From contig JAXHMY010000001.1 of NCBI GenBank assembly GCA_034520965.1, forward strand, positions 704,001-768,000: a stretch of DNA of 64,000 bases, in the 5' to 3' direction. Numbering within the stretch: the first letter of the stretch is position 1; every line of letters begins with the position of its first letter. Of the stretch, positions 33,592-44,405 are shown one piece after another. The notes under the pieces are model-generated. The model was not told the DNA's origin and ran no database searches. It saw only the letters and a list, made by a program, of their open reading frames with translations. This stretch comes from Spirochaetia bacterium (lineage in GTDB: Bacteria > Spirochaetota > Spirochaetia > DSM-16054 > Sediminispirochaetaceae). Position numbers and translations under genes: made by a program.

Positions 33592-34305
33592 ATGACTGAA
33601 ATGTTATACCATAGCGATTCATACCTAAAAGAGTTTCGTGCAGTAGTCACAGATATCGACCAAGAAGCAGGAGCGGTAGCGCTTAATAGAACCACATTCT
33701 TCCCGGGGGGCGGCGGCCAGCTCTGCGATACCGGCCGGCTGAGCTATGCCGGCAGTACGGTACCGGTGCTTTCTGTTTCGCGAAGGGCAGAACAAATACT
33801 GCATCAAATTGATGGGCAGCTGCCGGAAGTCGGCAGTGAAGTACACGGTGAAATTGACTGGGAGCGACGCTACCAGCTGATGCGGACCCACTCGGCTATG
33901 CATGTGCTTTGCGGAGTGGTGTGGCGCGATTACGGTGCCCAGGTCACCGGCGGCAACATGGACCCCCTGAAGGGGCGAATGGATTTCGAATTTGAAAATT
34001 TTTCCGCCGACCTGGTACATGAGATCGAAGGGAAGGTGAATGTCGAAATACAGAACGGCCGCACCATACAGGCGCGCATCCTTCCAAGAGCAGAGGCGGA
34101 ACAGATTCCCGACCTAATTCGCACCAAAATAAATCTCCTGCCGGATACACTGCAGGAGATTCGGATTGTGGAGATCGAAGGGCTGGACCTGCAGGCCGAC
34201 GGAGGTACCCATGTAGCAAATACCAAAGAAATCGGGACCTTCAAAATAGTCGGACACAAAAGCAAGGGAAAAATTAATAAGCGCCTGAAAATCGAACTTG
34301 TGTGA
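33592..34305 (+). CDS. alaX: Free-standing alanyl-tRNA editing protein (AlaX-M type)
   Basis: FFPGGGGQLCDTG, RTHSAMHVL and QADGGTHV motifs; AAGGAG RBS. Confidence 0.9.
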   Translation: MTEMLYHSDSYLKEFRAVVTDIDQEAGAVALNRTTFFPGGGGQLCDTGRLSYAGSTVPVLSVSRRAEQILHQIDGQLPEVGSEVHGEIDWERRYQLMRTHSAMHVLCGVVWRDYGAQVTGGNMDPLKGRMDFEFENFSADLVHEIEGKVNVEIQNGRTIQARILPRAEAEQIPDLIRTKINLLPDTLQEIRIVEIEGLDLQADGGTHVANTKEIGTFKIVGHKSKGKINKRLKIELV

Positions 34306-34353
34306 AAGTTCGTTCAAGGGCTTGTACAAGGTCGGACAAAGAAAGGAGATAGT

Positions 34354-34704
34354 ATGGATAAGAAGTTTTGCCTATTTGCGTTTAATGGAGAATTGATGTG
34401 TTTTGCCCATGCCCTGCTGAATGCACTGGATTTTAACAGCAAGGGATATGAGGTAAAGCTTGTGCTGGAAGGCAGTGCAACTAAACTGATTGCAGATTTT
34501 GAAAAGGAGGAGGCTCCCTTCAGAAAACTCTACCTGCAATGCATTGAAAAGGGGCTGCTTGACTGCGTCTGCCGAGCCTGTTCCAAGCAAATGGGGACCC
34601 TGGAGCTGGCCCAAAAGAACGGGCTGCCCCTCTGCGACGATATGTCAGGCCACCCCAGTATGGAACGCTATGTTAAGGACGGGTATCACATAATTACATT
34701 TTAA
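34354..34704 (+). CDS. DsrE-like small cytoplasmic protein
   Basis: [25 protein letters not shown] and GHPSM pattern; AGGAG RBS. Confidence 0.75.
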   Translation: MDKKFCLFAFNGELMCFAHALLNALDFNSKGYEVKLVLEGSATKLIADFEKEEAPFRKLYLQCIEKGLLDCVCRACSKQMGTLELAQKNGLPLCDDMSGHPSMERYVKDGYHIITF

Positions 34705-37554
34705 AACTGGGAGTGTGAAGCATAACGACGCAAAACATAATGCAGCACCCCACCATGGCGCCAATACTCGGCTTCTACCTTGGAATCGAGGCGGCACAGC
34801 ACCTCAAACTCAATCAAACCACCATTCTCCGAACCGGTCTGCCCCGGCTGCGGCATTTGCCGGGCCGTTACTTTAAGGCTTGTACCGGGCTGCAGAGCTG
34901 CATCAATCCCTTCAATTGTAAACTCCTCAAGGCCGGACAAGCCCAGGCTGTGCCAGGACTCACCGGGCTTAAACTGCAAGGGAAGCACCCCCATGCCTAT
35001 TAAGTTGGAGCGATGTATCCGCTCAAAACTTTCGGCAATTACCGCCTGCACTCCCTAACAGAGCAGTGCCCTTGGCCGCCCAGTCGCGGGATGAGCCGGA
35101 GCCGTATTCCCTGCCGGCCAAAAGTATAAGGGAAACTCCACGGCGGCGGTACTCCCGGGAAGCCTCCCACACCGTAAGCTCCCGCGAATTGGAGCCGCCT
35201 TCTGTCGGAAGCAGCAATGTATAGCCTCCCCGGCGGTCGACCATAAAATTCTTGAGTTTGACATTGGCAAAGGTTCCCCTCATCATCACCTCATGGTTCC
35301 CGCGCCGTGAGCCGTAGGTGTTAAAATCCGCCTCCACAACTCCCTGTTCGCGCAGATAGAGCCCGGCGGGGCTTTCTTCACTGAATTTTCCGGCGGGAGA
35401 AATGTGGTCGGTAGTTACCGAGTCCCCCAACAGCAGCAGAGCCCTGGCCCCCTCAATCGATTTCGGCTTAGAAGGCTCTCGGGAGAGGTTTTTGAAAAAG
35501 GGAGCCTCCCTGATGTAGCTTGAACTTTCATCCCAGGCATATGAAATACCTTGGGGTGCGGCGAGCTGCTGCCACAGTTCATCCCCGGAGTAGACGCCGG
35601 CATAACTTTGCCGAAACAGCTCTGGAGAGATCACCGCCTGCAGGAGCTCCTGCACCTCGGCGGGAGGCGGCCACAGTTCAGGCAGGTACACCGGCTCGCC
35701 ATTGGGGTCGAAGCCGACCGGTTCTTTGGTAATATCAATATCCGCCCTACCGGCGAGAGCGTAGGCAACTACCAAAGGAGGTGAAGCCAGGAAGTTCATA
35801 GACACATCCGGATGAATGCGGGCCTCAAAATTACGGTTCCCCGAAAGCACCGATGCAACCTGTAATTTACGTCGCTTCACCTCTGCATCGATTCTGGGCG
35901 GCAGGTCTCCGCTGTTACCGATACAGGTGGTACAGCCGTAACCCACTACATGAAAGCCGAGGGCTTCCAGATACGGAAGCAGCGCTGTCAGGCGCAGATA
36001 ATCGGTAACCACCCGCGAGCCGGGTGCCAGACTGGTTTTTACCCAGCCCGGTACTTTAAGCCCCAATTCTACCGCCCGTTTCGCCAACAAACCGGCCGCC
36101 ACCATGACCTCGGGGTTTGAGGTATTGGTACAGCTGCTGATTGCCGCAATAACCACAGAGCCGTCGCGTACCCTTTCCAGCCCATCTTCGGCGGTATGGA
36201 TATTAACCCGGTCGGCGACTCCGGGCAACTGCTGCCCCTCATCCTCGGGCCGGCGGCTGGTAGGCGGCCCGTCGGCATCAGCAGATGCGGCGGCTGTAGT
36301 TTTGAGCAGGGCCGCCACTGTGTGCTTTAAGTGGGGGAGGGTAATTCTATCCTGGGGGCGTGCAGGACCGGCCACCGCGGGCTGCACATTACCCAGGTCT
36401 ATTTGAATGACCTTGGTATAACTGATCTGCTCCGTTCCTTTTCGCCAAAGAAGATTCTTCTTTGCATACTCCTCGACAATCTGGACCTGCTCTGCAGACC
36501 GGCCTGTGAGCTGCAGATACTCAAGGGTCCGCTGATCAATCGGAAAGTAGGTAACCGTACAGCCGAACTCCGGTGACATGTTCGAAATCGTCGCCCGGTC
36601 GGGAACACCAAGCTTCGAGACAGCCTCACCGTAAAACTCAACAAATTTTCCAACCACCCCCTCCGCCCGCAGCGTTTCGGTTATATACAGTACCAAATCG
36701 GTGGTGGTGGTTCCCACAGGAAGTTTCCCTCGCAGCTGCACCCCAATTACCTCCGGCAGGGTAAAGTAAAGGGGCTGCCCCAGCATGGCAGCTTCAGCTT
36801 CAATCCCCCCGACTCCCCATCCGAGCACACCCATCCCATTCACCATCGGAGTATGAGAATCGGTTCCTACTAGGGTATCCGGAAAGAGATAAGCGTCGCG
36901 AGCGGTAACTACACTCGAAAGGTATTCAAGGTTTACCTGATGGCAAATTCCCATACCGGGAGGAAGCACTGAAAAATCATTAAATCCAGATTGCGCCCAC
37001 TTAAGCAGTCGGTAGCGCTCTGAGTTGCGCTCATACTCTTTTCCTACATTCGCCCTGAGGGCACGCCGGGTACCGTAATTATCAACTTGGACCGAATGGT
37101 CGATAACCACATCCACCGGAATCAAAGGCTGTATTGTATCGGCGGGCTTGCCCTTCCGCTCCATCTCTGAACGCAGCGAGGCAATATCCACTACCGCCGG
37201 CACTCCCGTGAAGTCCTGCATCAAAATACGTCCGGGCAAAAAGGGAATTTCAACCTGCCCCTGCCTGCGGTCCCAATCAAGAAGGGCCTCGATATGCTGG
37301 GCCTCAAAAAACTGTCCGTCGTAGTGGCGCAGCACATTCTCCAGCAATACACGGATGGAAAAGGGCAGCTGCTCAAGCTTTACCCCTTTTTCACTTTCTA
37401 CACCCGCTATACCCTGCCCACCCGACCCGGGAGCAGCACCCTTAGCGCACACAGCGTGAAGATCCACTAGAGTATATCTGTTTCCGTTGATCTCCATTTT
37501 TGTTTTATACTGAGTTTCATATTCGCCCATACCGATACTCCTTGATTTCAGCAT
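34701..37554 (-). CDS. acnA: Aconitate hydratase A, frameshifted near 35055
   Basis: [63 protein letters not shown], then [10 protein letters not shown]; start may be 37530. Confidence 0.95.
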
Positions 37555-37850
37555 ATTCCGTCAAAGAACACTTTGCAAACGCAATGCACACAGCTTGCAG
37601 GACTCTTGATAAAAAAACGGGAAAAGAGTTTTAAATATAGTTCTAATTATTTATAATATAATGAATTGCCAAAATAATACTTTTTATATCACACGAAACG
37701 GTGAGAAGAGGTATCGTGAAATTTCATCAGAGAAATTTTATAAACCTATATTATATGCCACAATAATGTAACTAATAACAAATTTAGCTACATAAACGTA
37801 TATTTTATGTTTCCGGCCTACATATATGTAATAAATACTGCCGGTTGCAG

Positions 37851-38174
37851 TTACTCCCGCAGATCCTCGCGAACCGGAGAAAAAATATCCATCACTTTGC
37901 TAGCGGTAATCGCGTGCCCGTAATGGGACACATTCGGGGGAATAACCACCGCCTCACCCAACTGCAGCTCCCGTGGCTCTCCCTCTACGGTAAGCACAAA
38001 ACGTCCTTCCTGCAGCATGGCAATCTGTTCATGGGGATGAGAATGCTCGGGTAAATCGGTCTGCGGATCGAACTCCCAATAGGAAATGGTCATTTTTTCG
38101 CCATGCACAGTGCGCAGCCGAATTCCCTCCCCTTTATCCCGGGCCGGCAATTCACTTAATTTATAATAGTTCAT
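37851..38174 (-). CDS. Cupin-domain protein
   Basis: PEHSHPHEQ...IPPNVSH...DIFSPVRED; AAGGAGG before ATG 38174. Confidence 0.88.
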   Translation of the reverse strand: MNYYKLSELPARDKGEGIRLRTVHGEKMTISYWEFDPQTDLPEHSHPHEQIAMLQEGRFVLTVEGEPRELQLGEAVVIPPNVSHYGHAITASKVMDIFSPVREDLRE

Positions 38175-38207
38175 GCAATCCTCCTTTTTACTCGCATCGG
38201 TCGACAA

Positions 38208-38759
38208 TTAGCGACCATCTTCGTCATTCTGCTCAAGCCACAGCCCCAGAATAAACAGGTAATCCGCAAGTCGATTCAAATACTGTTGAGCCGGTATCAA
38301 TTGGTTCAGGCCGCGTTCACGAATACAGCCTACCATCCAGCGTTCAACCCGCCTGCACACGGCTCTGGCCACGTGAGTATGAGCTGCCTTAAGTGAGTCG
38401 CCGGGCAGCACAAACTTATCCGGAACCTTGCAGTGCTGCATAAGCCGGTATTCACGCTTCTCAAGCTCTTCAATATCCTTCCCGTCTATCTTACGAATCT
38501 TCTCATACTGCTCAGAGCGTTTCGGCACCGCCAGCATTCCGCCAATAACCTGCAGCCGCTCCTGAACAGTTATAATATCCTGAGCCTGCTTTTTTTCTAA
38601 GGACCCACGAACCACCCCTAGCTGAGAGTTTAATTCATCAATACTGCCGAGGGTATGGAAAAGCAGATCGTCCTTCCTCAGTCGCTCTCCATTGGCAAGA
38701 CTAGTTTCGCCTCCGTCACCTCCACGGGTTGTGACTTGAGAAAATTCATATTGCTTCAT
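38208..38759 (-). CDS. PduO-type cob(I)alamin adenosyltransferase
   Basis: TRGGDGGETSL, GSIDELNS, ARAVCRRVER and YLNRLADYLF motifs. Confidence 0.9.
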   Translation of the reverse strand: MKQYEFSQVTTRGGDGGETSLANGERLRKDDLLFHTLGSIDELNSQLGVVRGSLEKKQAQDIITVQERLQVIGGMLAVPKRSEQYEKIRKIDGKDIEELEKREYRLMQHCKVPDKFVLPGDSLKAAHTHVARAVCRRVERWMVGCIRERGLNQLIPAQQYLNRLADYLFILGLWLEQNDEDGR

Positions 38760-38854
38760 TCTTATACCTTATCCCATAGTTTTTGATTAAGAAAGCATAA
38801 ATTAAATTTGCTACAAACGCTGATCTGTCATTATGTTTCACCTAGGCGGCGGCC

Positions 38855-38945
38855 ATGACAAACCGGCATGTGAACCCCCACAACAGTTCTATACTAATAG
38901 TAGATGATAATTCACAGAACATGCAACTTGTAAATTCCCATTTAG
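38855..38945 (+). pseudogene. Probable remnant of a response-regulator receiver domain
   Basis: ATG 38855 gives ...SILIVDDNSQNMQLVNSHL (receiver beta1-alpha1); the similarity ends where the convergent SBP gene ends. Confidence 0.5.
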
Positions 38946-40060
38946 TGGTCGGATATAGAACCGATTACTTTAAAATCCCCGTCACTTATTTGGCTCACAA
39001 AATAAGGACGCTTTACATCACCATTTTCATCAAAACGCAGGGTACCCATGAGCCCCTCAATTGATCGAATGCTCTGCAGTGCCTCTATTAGGTTTCCATT
39101 ATAATCGGACTTCCGTCGCAATCCTTCCGCTAAAAACAAAACAGATTCATACCCCTGGCCGGCTGCAAACAGCGGCTGATGCCCAAATTGTTCGACATAA
39201 CGGCTTTTAAATGTTTCAAAAGCAGGTCGTGTGCTCGTTCGATTAAAACTTTCGATAAACACCACCCCGTCTACTGCAGCCCCTCCAATTTCCAAAAGAC
39301 GCTGCGTATAAGCCCATCCGGAGGCATACAGCTTCCAGGTCTTTCCATGTTCTCGCTTAGCTTTAGCAAAGGCGGCAGTATCGGCTGCTGATGCAACCAC
39401 GGTTACCGCTGATACATCGTATTCATCTATAAGATCGATAACTCCTCTCCAGTTTACCCCCTCATCAGAAGAAAAATTGAACTGCAGAGGGACTGAGCCT
39501 CCCAGCTCCTTAAAGGAGTTGATAAAAGAAAGCGCATAGGGCAGTGAGTAGGCTTGATTCTTTATATCATACAATACGGCAACCCGTTTTTTCTCAAGCT
39601 GGGTATATGCATAATTCCCCATGACTGCAGCCGACTTGTCTGAGGAGGGATTCAACCTGAAAATACAATCCTGTTTTCCGCTGAGCAGAGGAGAAGAGGC
39701 GGTAGGGCTAATAAGAGGCATTTGGTGGTCCAGGATAAAACTCTCAACACCCACCGTCTGCGAGCTTGTCATGTGTCCTATAATTGACACTACCCCGCTT
39801 TCGATTAGTTGGGCATCAGCTTCAATCGCACCTTTTACGCTATTTTTATCGTTTTCTACAATGAGTTCCAGCTTCCGGCCGTTAATCCCGCCGGACTTAT
39901 TCAGTTTTTCCACCGCCAGCTGCACTCCATTGCGCCCTTGAACCCCTATATCCGAGTAGTTTCCAGTTAACTGGCCGACAAATCCTATTTTGATTGGTTC
40001 CAGTTCACCGCATCCAGCCAGCAGTACGCTTAGGACTAAAGCTCTAACCAGTATATTCAT
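38942..40060 (-). CDS. LivJ-like periplasmic binding lipoprotein, with no permease genes alongside
   Basis: LAGC lipobox, IKIGFVGQLTG, GGINGRKLEL, IIGHMTS and FDENGD. Confidence 0.85.
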   Translation of the reverse strand: MNILVRALVLSVLLAGCGELEPIKIGFVGQLTGNYSDIGVQGRNGVQLAVEKLNKSGGINGRKLELIVENDKNSVKGAIEADAQLIESGVVSIIGHMTSSQTVGVESFILDHQMPLISPTASSPLLSGKQDCIFRLNPSSDKSAAVMGNYAYTQLEKKRVAVLYDIKNQAYSLPYALSFINSFKELGGSVPLQFNFSSDEGVNWRGVIDLIDEYDVSAVTVVASAADTAAFAKAKREHGKTWKLYASGWAYTQRLLEIGGAAVDGVVFIESFNRTSTRPAFETFKSRYVEQFGHQPLFAAGQGYESVLFLAEGLRRKSDYNGNLIEALQSIRSIEGLMGTLRFDENGDVKRPYFVSQISDGDFKVIGSISDH

Positions 40061-40146
40061 GGAACCTCTCTTATTAAGGCATGATAGTGATAAGTAACTA
40101 AAAAAAGCAAATTCCTTATCCCCTTGCAGATTTTTCCTGTCCAGGA

Positions 40147-41730
40147 TTAAAAGGGAAACTCTTCCGGCACATCCTCCGTAGGACTTGTCTGCTGCGGCAG
40201 CCGTTCATCCCTGGTTTGATGCCGGCTGTGGGCAACTACAAAAATTGCCTTCGGCAGATCTACCGGGCAGGCATATTCACAGCTGCCGCAGCCGGAGCGA
40301 ATATCATTTTCTGTCTGCGGCTGGGTAAGACCGTTTTTATACGGTACCATTCGCACTGCCTGGGTCGGACAGACCTCTGCACATGCACCGCAATCGGTTC
40401 CATCGGTAAACACTATACAGCGGTCTTGGTCAAATTCAACTGTTCCCATCTGCACACGTTTTTTCTGGGGAATGCTAAGAGGTTCGAGAGCGCCGGTAGG
40501 ACAGATTTGGGTACATCGGTTACACTCCCATTCGCAATAAGCCGTTTTATAATCCATAACCGGTTGCAAAAAGCCGGAGAAGCCTAAGGCAAAAAAAGAG
40601 GGCTGCAGTACATGGGTTGGACAGACCGAGACACAGGTATGACAGGATACACAACGGCGGGTATACCTCCGCTTACTGCGCGACCCCGGCGGCAGCACGG
40701 CAAGTCCAGACGTACCCTGAGCCGAGGAGGCGGGGGCGGATGCAGCCAACGGACGGAGGGAAAAACCAAAACCACCGACAGCGGCGGCACCCAGGGAACC
40801 AGCGGCCACCATAAGCGCTTTTCTCCGCTTCAAATCCGGGTTCCCAGCGGAAGTCGCAGGCTGCCGCTGTGTGTGCTGAGGAAAAGCGCTAAAAGAGAGG
40901 GCATCAAAGGGGCAGCGAACCGTACACTCAAAACACACAATGCATCGATTGTATTCTACCTGCTGCACCGATATATCTATACAACCGGCAGGACAGACAT
41001 GGGCACATACCCCGCACTTTGTGCAAAGCTCCTTATCAAACTCCATTCTCACCAAAGGACGCAGTGACGCCAGTCGCAGTACCGCCCCTGTAGGGCAAAG
41101 CCGGTTACAGTACCAACGGCCGTAGCTGTAGGTAAGCCACACAAAGAGAACAGCAGCTATAAGGGTCATCGCCACCGCAGCTAACTCCCCTCGAAACTGC
41201 ACAGGAGCCCAGAATATATTCACCGTCCTTAAGACCTCAACCACTCCGATACTCACACCTGCCGCCAAGGGAAGCACCAAGTCACGGTATATGCGTCCCC
41301 AAAACGCATAGGGTTCAAGCAGTCCGAACAACAGAGGCAGCCCGATCAGCAGTCCAATCACGGAAACACTCGCGATAGCACCATGCAGCCGGGCCGCAGA
41401 AGGGCCGGTCCGGTATTTTCGATGCCTTTTTTTTCCGGAGATAAAAATTATTATATCCTGTACAATCCCCAGAGGACACAGGACCGAGCAGTACAGGCGT
41501 CCCACCAGCAAGGTAAGCAAGGTCACCGGCAGGAAGCCTGCGGCCAGCCAACCGCCCCCCGAAAAGACCACATTTATAAGTGAGGGAAAAAACTGCAGTC
41601 TGGTCAAGTACTTCAGAATCGAGTTATACAGGGGCTGGGATATGCTAATTGAGACATAAAACAGCAGAAGTATCACGGCCGCCGCAGCGATACGCAGCAG
41701 CTTTGCGGCCTTATAACCTTGCTTAGTCAT
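40147..41730 (-). CDS. Membrane polyferredoxin (NapH/MauN-like fused to NapG/MauM-like)
   Basis: GRLYCSVLCPLG and GRWYCNRLCPTG, several CxxCxxCxxxCP motifs, internal RR-hydrophobic segment, PPGS motif. Confidence 0.85.
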   Translation of the reverse strand: MTKQGYKAAKLLRIAAAAVILLLFYVSISISQPLYNSILKYLTRLQFFPSLINVVFSGGGWLAAGFLPVTLLTLLVGRLYCSVLCPLGIVQDIIIFISGKKRHRKYRTGPSAARLHGAIASVSVIGLLIGLPLLFGLLEPYAFWGRIYRDLVLPLAAGVSIGVVEVLRTVNIFWAPVQFRGELAAVAMTLIAAVLFVWLTYSYGRWYCNRLCPTGAVLRLASLRPLVRMEFDKELCTKCGVCAHVCPAGCIDISVQQVEYNRCIVCFECTVRCPFDALSFSAFPQHTQRQPATSAGNPDLKRRKALMVAAGSLGAAAVGGFGFSLRPLAASAPASSAQGTSGLAVLPPGSRSKRRYTRRCVSCHTCVSVCPTHVLQPSFFALGFSGFLQPVMDYKTAYCEWECNRCTQICPTGALEPLSIPQKKRVQMGTVEFDQDRCIVFTDGTDCGACAEVCPTQAVRMVPYKNGLTQPQTENDIRSGCGSCEYACPVDLPKAIFVVAHSRHQTRDERLPQQTSPTEDVPEEFPF

Positions 41731-42647
41731 ACGCGTATCCGTTTTATCCTCAGACTGTCTAAGTTCTTAGTTCCGATTCCCAGCTCATCAGCGATGTTGA
41801 TATACCTCACCCTCGAGGCTTCGGTTCCCCAGGTAGCTGCAGCCGCAGCATCAACTGCGACAATATCCGGACCGATGATCTGCATCTTTTTCACCGACAG
41901 GGAAGATCGATGCGAACTCCCCCGCGGCCCCCCGCTCGTCATCACCGTATAGGCATCAACCACATTCAGGCTTGGGACCCGCAAAAGTGCGAACTCGGCA
42001 ATGCAGCGGTGCAAATCGTTGGCATGGTAGTACCAGCGGTCCCACACCAGCCCCATAAGGTTCTTTAAAGCACAGGTAATAGTAGTGCTGCCGTGGTGTT
42101 TTAATATGGGCACATTGATGAGCACATCCGCCTCCAGAACCATCTCGTGCACCATCACACTTTTCAGTTTTTTAGCGCCGGGAACCGCTGCTTCCTGAAA
42201 ATACCCCTTGGAGGAACCCGGCACCACCTGCCCTCCCCCCTCCTTAGCGGCCTTTTCAATTTGAGTAGTGCTGTAGGCCAGCTTCCAATTGTCTATGGTA
42301 TGGTCAACCACATACACCTTCGCTGCCCCCGCCTCCACGCAGCGCTGGACAATTCTATTTACAAGGGCCGGTGTCGTGGTTGCACCGCGCTCGGGCTCTA
42401 CATTCCAGGAGGCATTGGGTTTTATCAGCACCACCTGCCCCCTCTTTACAAAGCGACCAAGCCCACCCAGGGCGGCAATTCCAGTATCAAACATGCCTGC
42501 AGGCTCTCCGCCCATCACCGCCGCCATATCGTAAGGTCCGGAGGTCTGCTGCCCATACAAAGAGAATGGATTACCAAGTAGCACCCCTGCCCCAGCAGCC
42601 AGGCTGTACCGGCTAAGGCTCCGCAAAAACTCGCGTCTATCCATCAT
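41727..42647 (-). CDS. DUF362 domain protein with twin-arginine signal peptide
   Basis: MMDRREFLRSL; VLIKPN, NVPILKHH, LKNLMG and DIVAVDA motifs. Confidence 0.88.
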   Translation of the reverse strand: MMDRREFLRSLSRYSLAAGAGVLLGNPFSLYGQQTSGPYDMAAVMGGEPAGMFDTGIAALGGLGRFVKRGQVVLIKPNASWNVEPERGATTTPALVNRIVQRCVEAGAAKVYVVDHTIDNWKLAYSTTQIEKAAKEGGGQVVPGSSKGYFQEAAVPGAKKLKSVMVHEMVLEADVLINVPILKHHGSTTITCALKNLMGLVWDRWYYHANDLHRCIAEFALLRVPSLNVVDAYTVMTSGGPRGSSHRSSLSVKKMQIIGPDIVAVDAAAAATWGTEASRVRYINIADELGIGTKNLDSLRIKRIRV

Positions 42648-42814
42648 GCCTCCCTTTTTCTGAAATTCGGATGAACAGCAGGCTCAATTCGTACAAACAG
42701 CACATACTTTCTTCCCATTTATTATTCTACATAACAAGTGGATATGCAAATTACAACAGCAATTCCAACTTTAGATATACACAGCCGGGCCGTGTGTATG
42801 CTATCTTTTCAACC

Positions 42815-44047
42815 ATGACTCGTAATGAAAAAATTATTCTATCCATCGCTGCGGCCGCCCATTTTTTTACCCACTTTGCGATGCTCTCATTTCCGGCAAT
42901 GGTAATGCCCCTAAGCAGGGACTTAGGGCTGCCGGTTTCAGAGGTAGTGGGGCTGAGCTTCTGGATGTATTTTCTCTACGGCGTGTTAGCTGCGCTGTGG
43001 GGATGGATAAGCGACAAATGGGGCCATAAACCAGCCCTGGGTGCAGGCCTCATAATTGCCGGAGCGGGCCTGGTTCTGGCGGGGGTGTATCCGTCGCTGA
43101 CTATGTTAACGCTTAGTTTTGCCCTGGTGGGGGTTGGATGTTCATCGTACCACCCCGCCGGTACCGCCTTGGTGAGCCAAGGAATCAAAGAGCGAGGACG
43201 GGCTCTGGGAATAAACGGGATTTGGGGCAGTGTCGGAATGGCCATGGTCCCCTTTGCAATTGGAATGTTCAACTTTTTGATAGGCTGGCGCGGGGGGCTT
43301 ATGATAATAGGAGTAGTCGGAATGCTCCTGGGTATCGCCGGTCTCTTTGCCCCCTTCCAGATAGAAAAAGGCAGTGACCGTATGCAGACTGAACCGCTGG
43401 ACGAGAAGACCGCCCGCAAACTTTTTCTCATTTTTGCGGTGGCCATGGTATTCGGCGGCTTCCTGTTCCGCAGTTTTACCCTTATGCTGCCGACATTCCT
43501 CGAATACCGCCTGGGTGACATTAGTGAGCAGGTACGTTTATGGGTCTCTGACCACATTGTTCCGGTGGAGGGCAGTACCGCCTTTAATACCCTCACCGCA
43601 AATATTGTTGCTACCTTTGTATATGTAGTCGGCATTTTCGGCCAGTGGATTGGCGGCCGCACAGCCGACCGTTACAGTCTAAAGCACGCCTATTTCTTCT
43701 TCTTTCTGATCGCAGTACCCTTTCTGCTGGCGATCCTCTTTTTCAAAAGCTGGATTATCATTCCCGCCTCCGCCCTGTTTGTTCTGTTTCTGCTGGGGAT
43801 GCAGCCTATCGAAAACAGCCTGGTCGCCTACCTCACCCCCGCTAAATGGCGTTCGATTGGCTTTGGGCTTAAGTTTACCCTGGTATTTGGCGCGGGGGCC
43901 TTTGGAGTAAAACTGGTAAGCCTGGTTGAAAAAACAGCCGGCCTTGAAGCTGTAATGCAACTTAATTTACTGTACCTGCTCAGCATCGTGGTGATGGCGG
44001 GAGTACTGCTTCTGGCCAGTCGTAAAATCGTAATCCGCCACTTTTAG
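42815..44047 (+). CDS. MFS transporter
   Basis: AHFFTH, GWISDKWG, YHPAG, RGRALGINGIWG and GGRTADRY motifs; start at ATG 42815. Confidence 0.88.
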   Translation: MTRNEKIILSIAAAAHFFTHFAMLSFPAMVMPLSRDLGLPVSEVVGLSFWMYFLYGVLAALWGWISDKWGHKPALGAGLIIAGAGLVLAGVYPSLTMLTLSFALVGVGCSSYHPAGTALVSQGIKERGRALGINGIWGSVGMAMVPFAIGMFNFLIGWRGGLMIIGVVGMLLGIAGLFAPFQIEKGSDRMQTEPLDEKTARKLFLIFAVAMVFGGFLFRSFTLMLPTFLEYRLGDISEQVRLWVSDHIVPVEGSTAFNTLTANIVATFVYVVGIFGQWIGGRTADRYSLKHAYFFFFLIAVPFLLAILFFKSWIIIPASALFVLFLLGMQPIENSLVAYLTPAKWRSIGFGLKFTLVFGAGAFGVKLVSLVEKTAGLEAVMQLNLLYLLSIVVMAGVLLLASRKIVIRHF

Positions 44048-44106
44048 AGCCGGATAAAAACAACCGAAGTAGCCGAACAATGACTCCGATGGCGGTTTCT
44101 GGTTAC

Positions 44107-44142
44107 TTGACCGCTATACTCATATTAAATTAGTATAGCGGT
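44107..44142 (+). promoter_or_regulatory. Sigma70-like promoter (TTGACC-18-TAGTAT) within an 11-bp perfect inverted repeat ending at the start codon
   Basis: accgctatact (44110-44120) / agtatagcggt (44132-44142), then ATG 44143; no SD. Confidence 0.55.
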
Positions 44143-44376
44143 ATGCAGATTACTATAGAGTATATGGGCTTTTTTCGTATAGATGGAGTGCCAAGTAATT
44201 CGGTGCTCGAAGTAGAACCGGATACCACTGTTTCCGAGTTACTGGACAGGCTCGATGTAAAGCCGGAGCACCGAACCTACATTCGACCAATAGTAAACCA
44301 AACACGACAATCCTTTGAGTATACCCTTCAAGACAAGGACAATCTGTTTCTCTATTTTCCTATCGGCGGCGGTTGA
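44143..44376 (+). CDS. MoaD/ThiS-family sulfur carrier protein
   Basis: 77 aa, beta-grasp pattern, C-terminal FPIGGG. Confidence 0.85.
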   Translation: MQITIEYMGFFRIDGVPSNSVLEVEPDTTVSELLDRLDVKPEHRTYIRPIVNQTRQSFEYTLQDKDNLFLYFPIGGG

Positions 44377-44405
44377 ACCGGCGGTGGTTAGTTTTTTAGA
44401 AGAGT

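Noticed and set aside
37555..37850. AT-rich region upstream of acnA as an ncRNA, origin or Fur box array
   Set aside because: Only short AT palindromes expected by chance; no convincing DnaA or Fur consensus
38760..38854. Cobalamin riboswitch ahead of the PduO-type gene
   Set aside because: Region too short, no B12 box, and the gene looks leaderless
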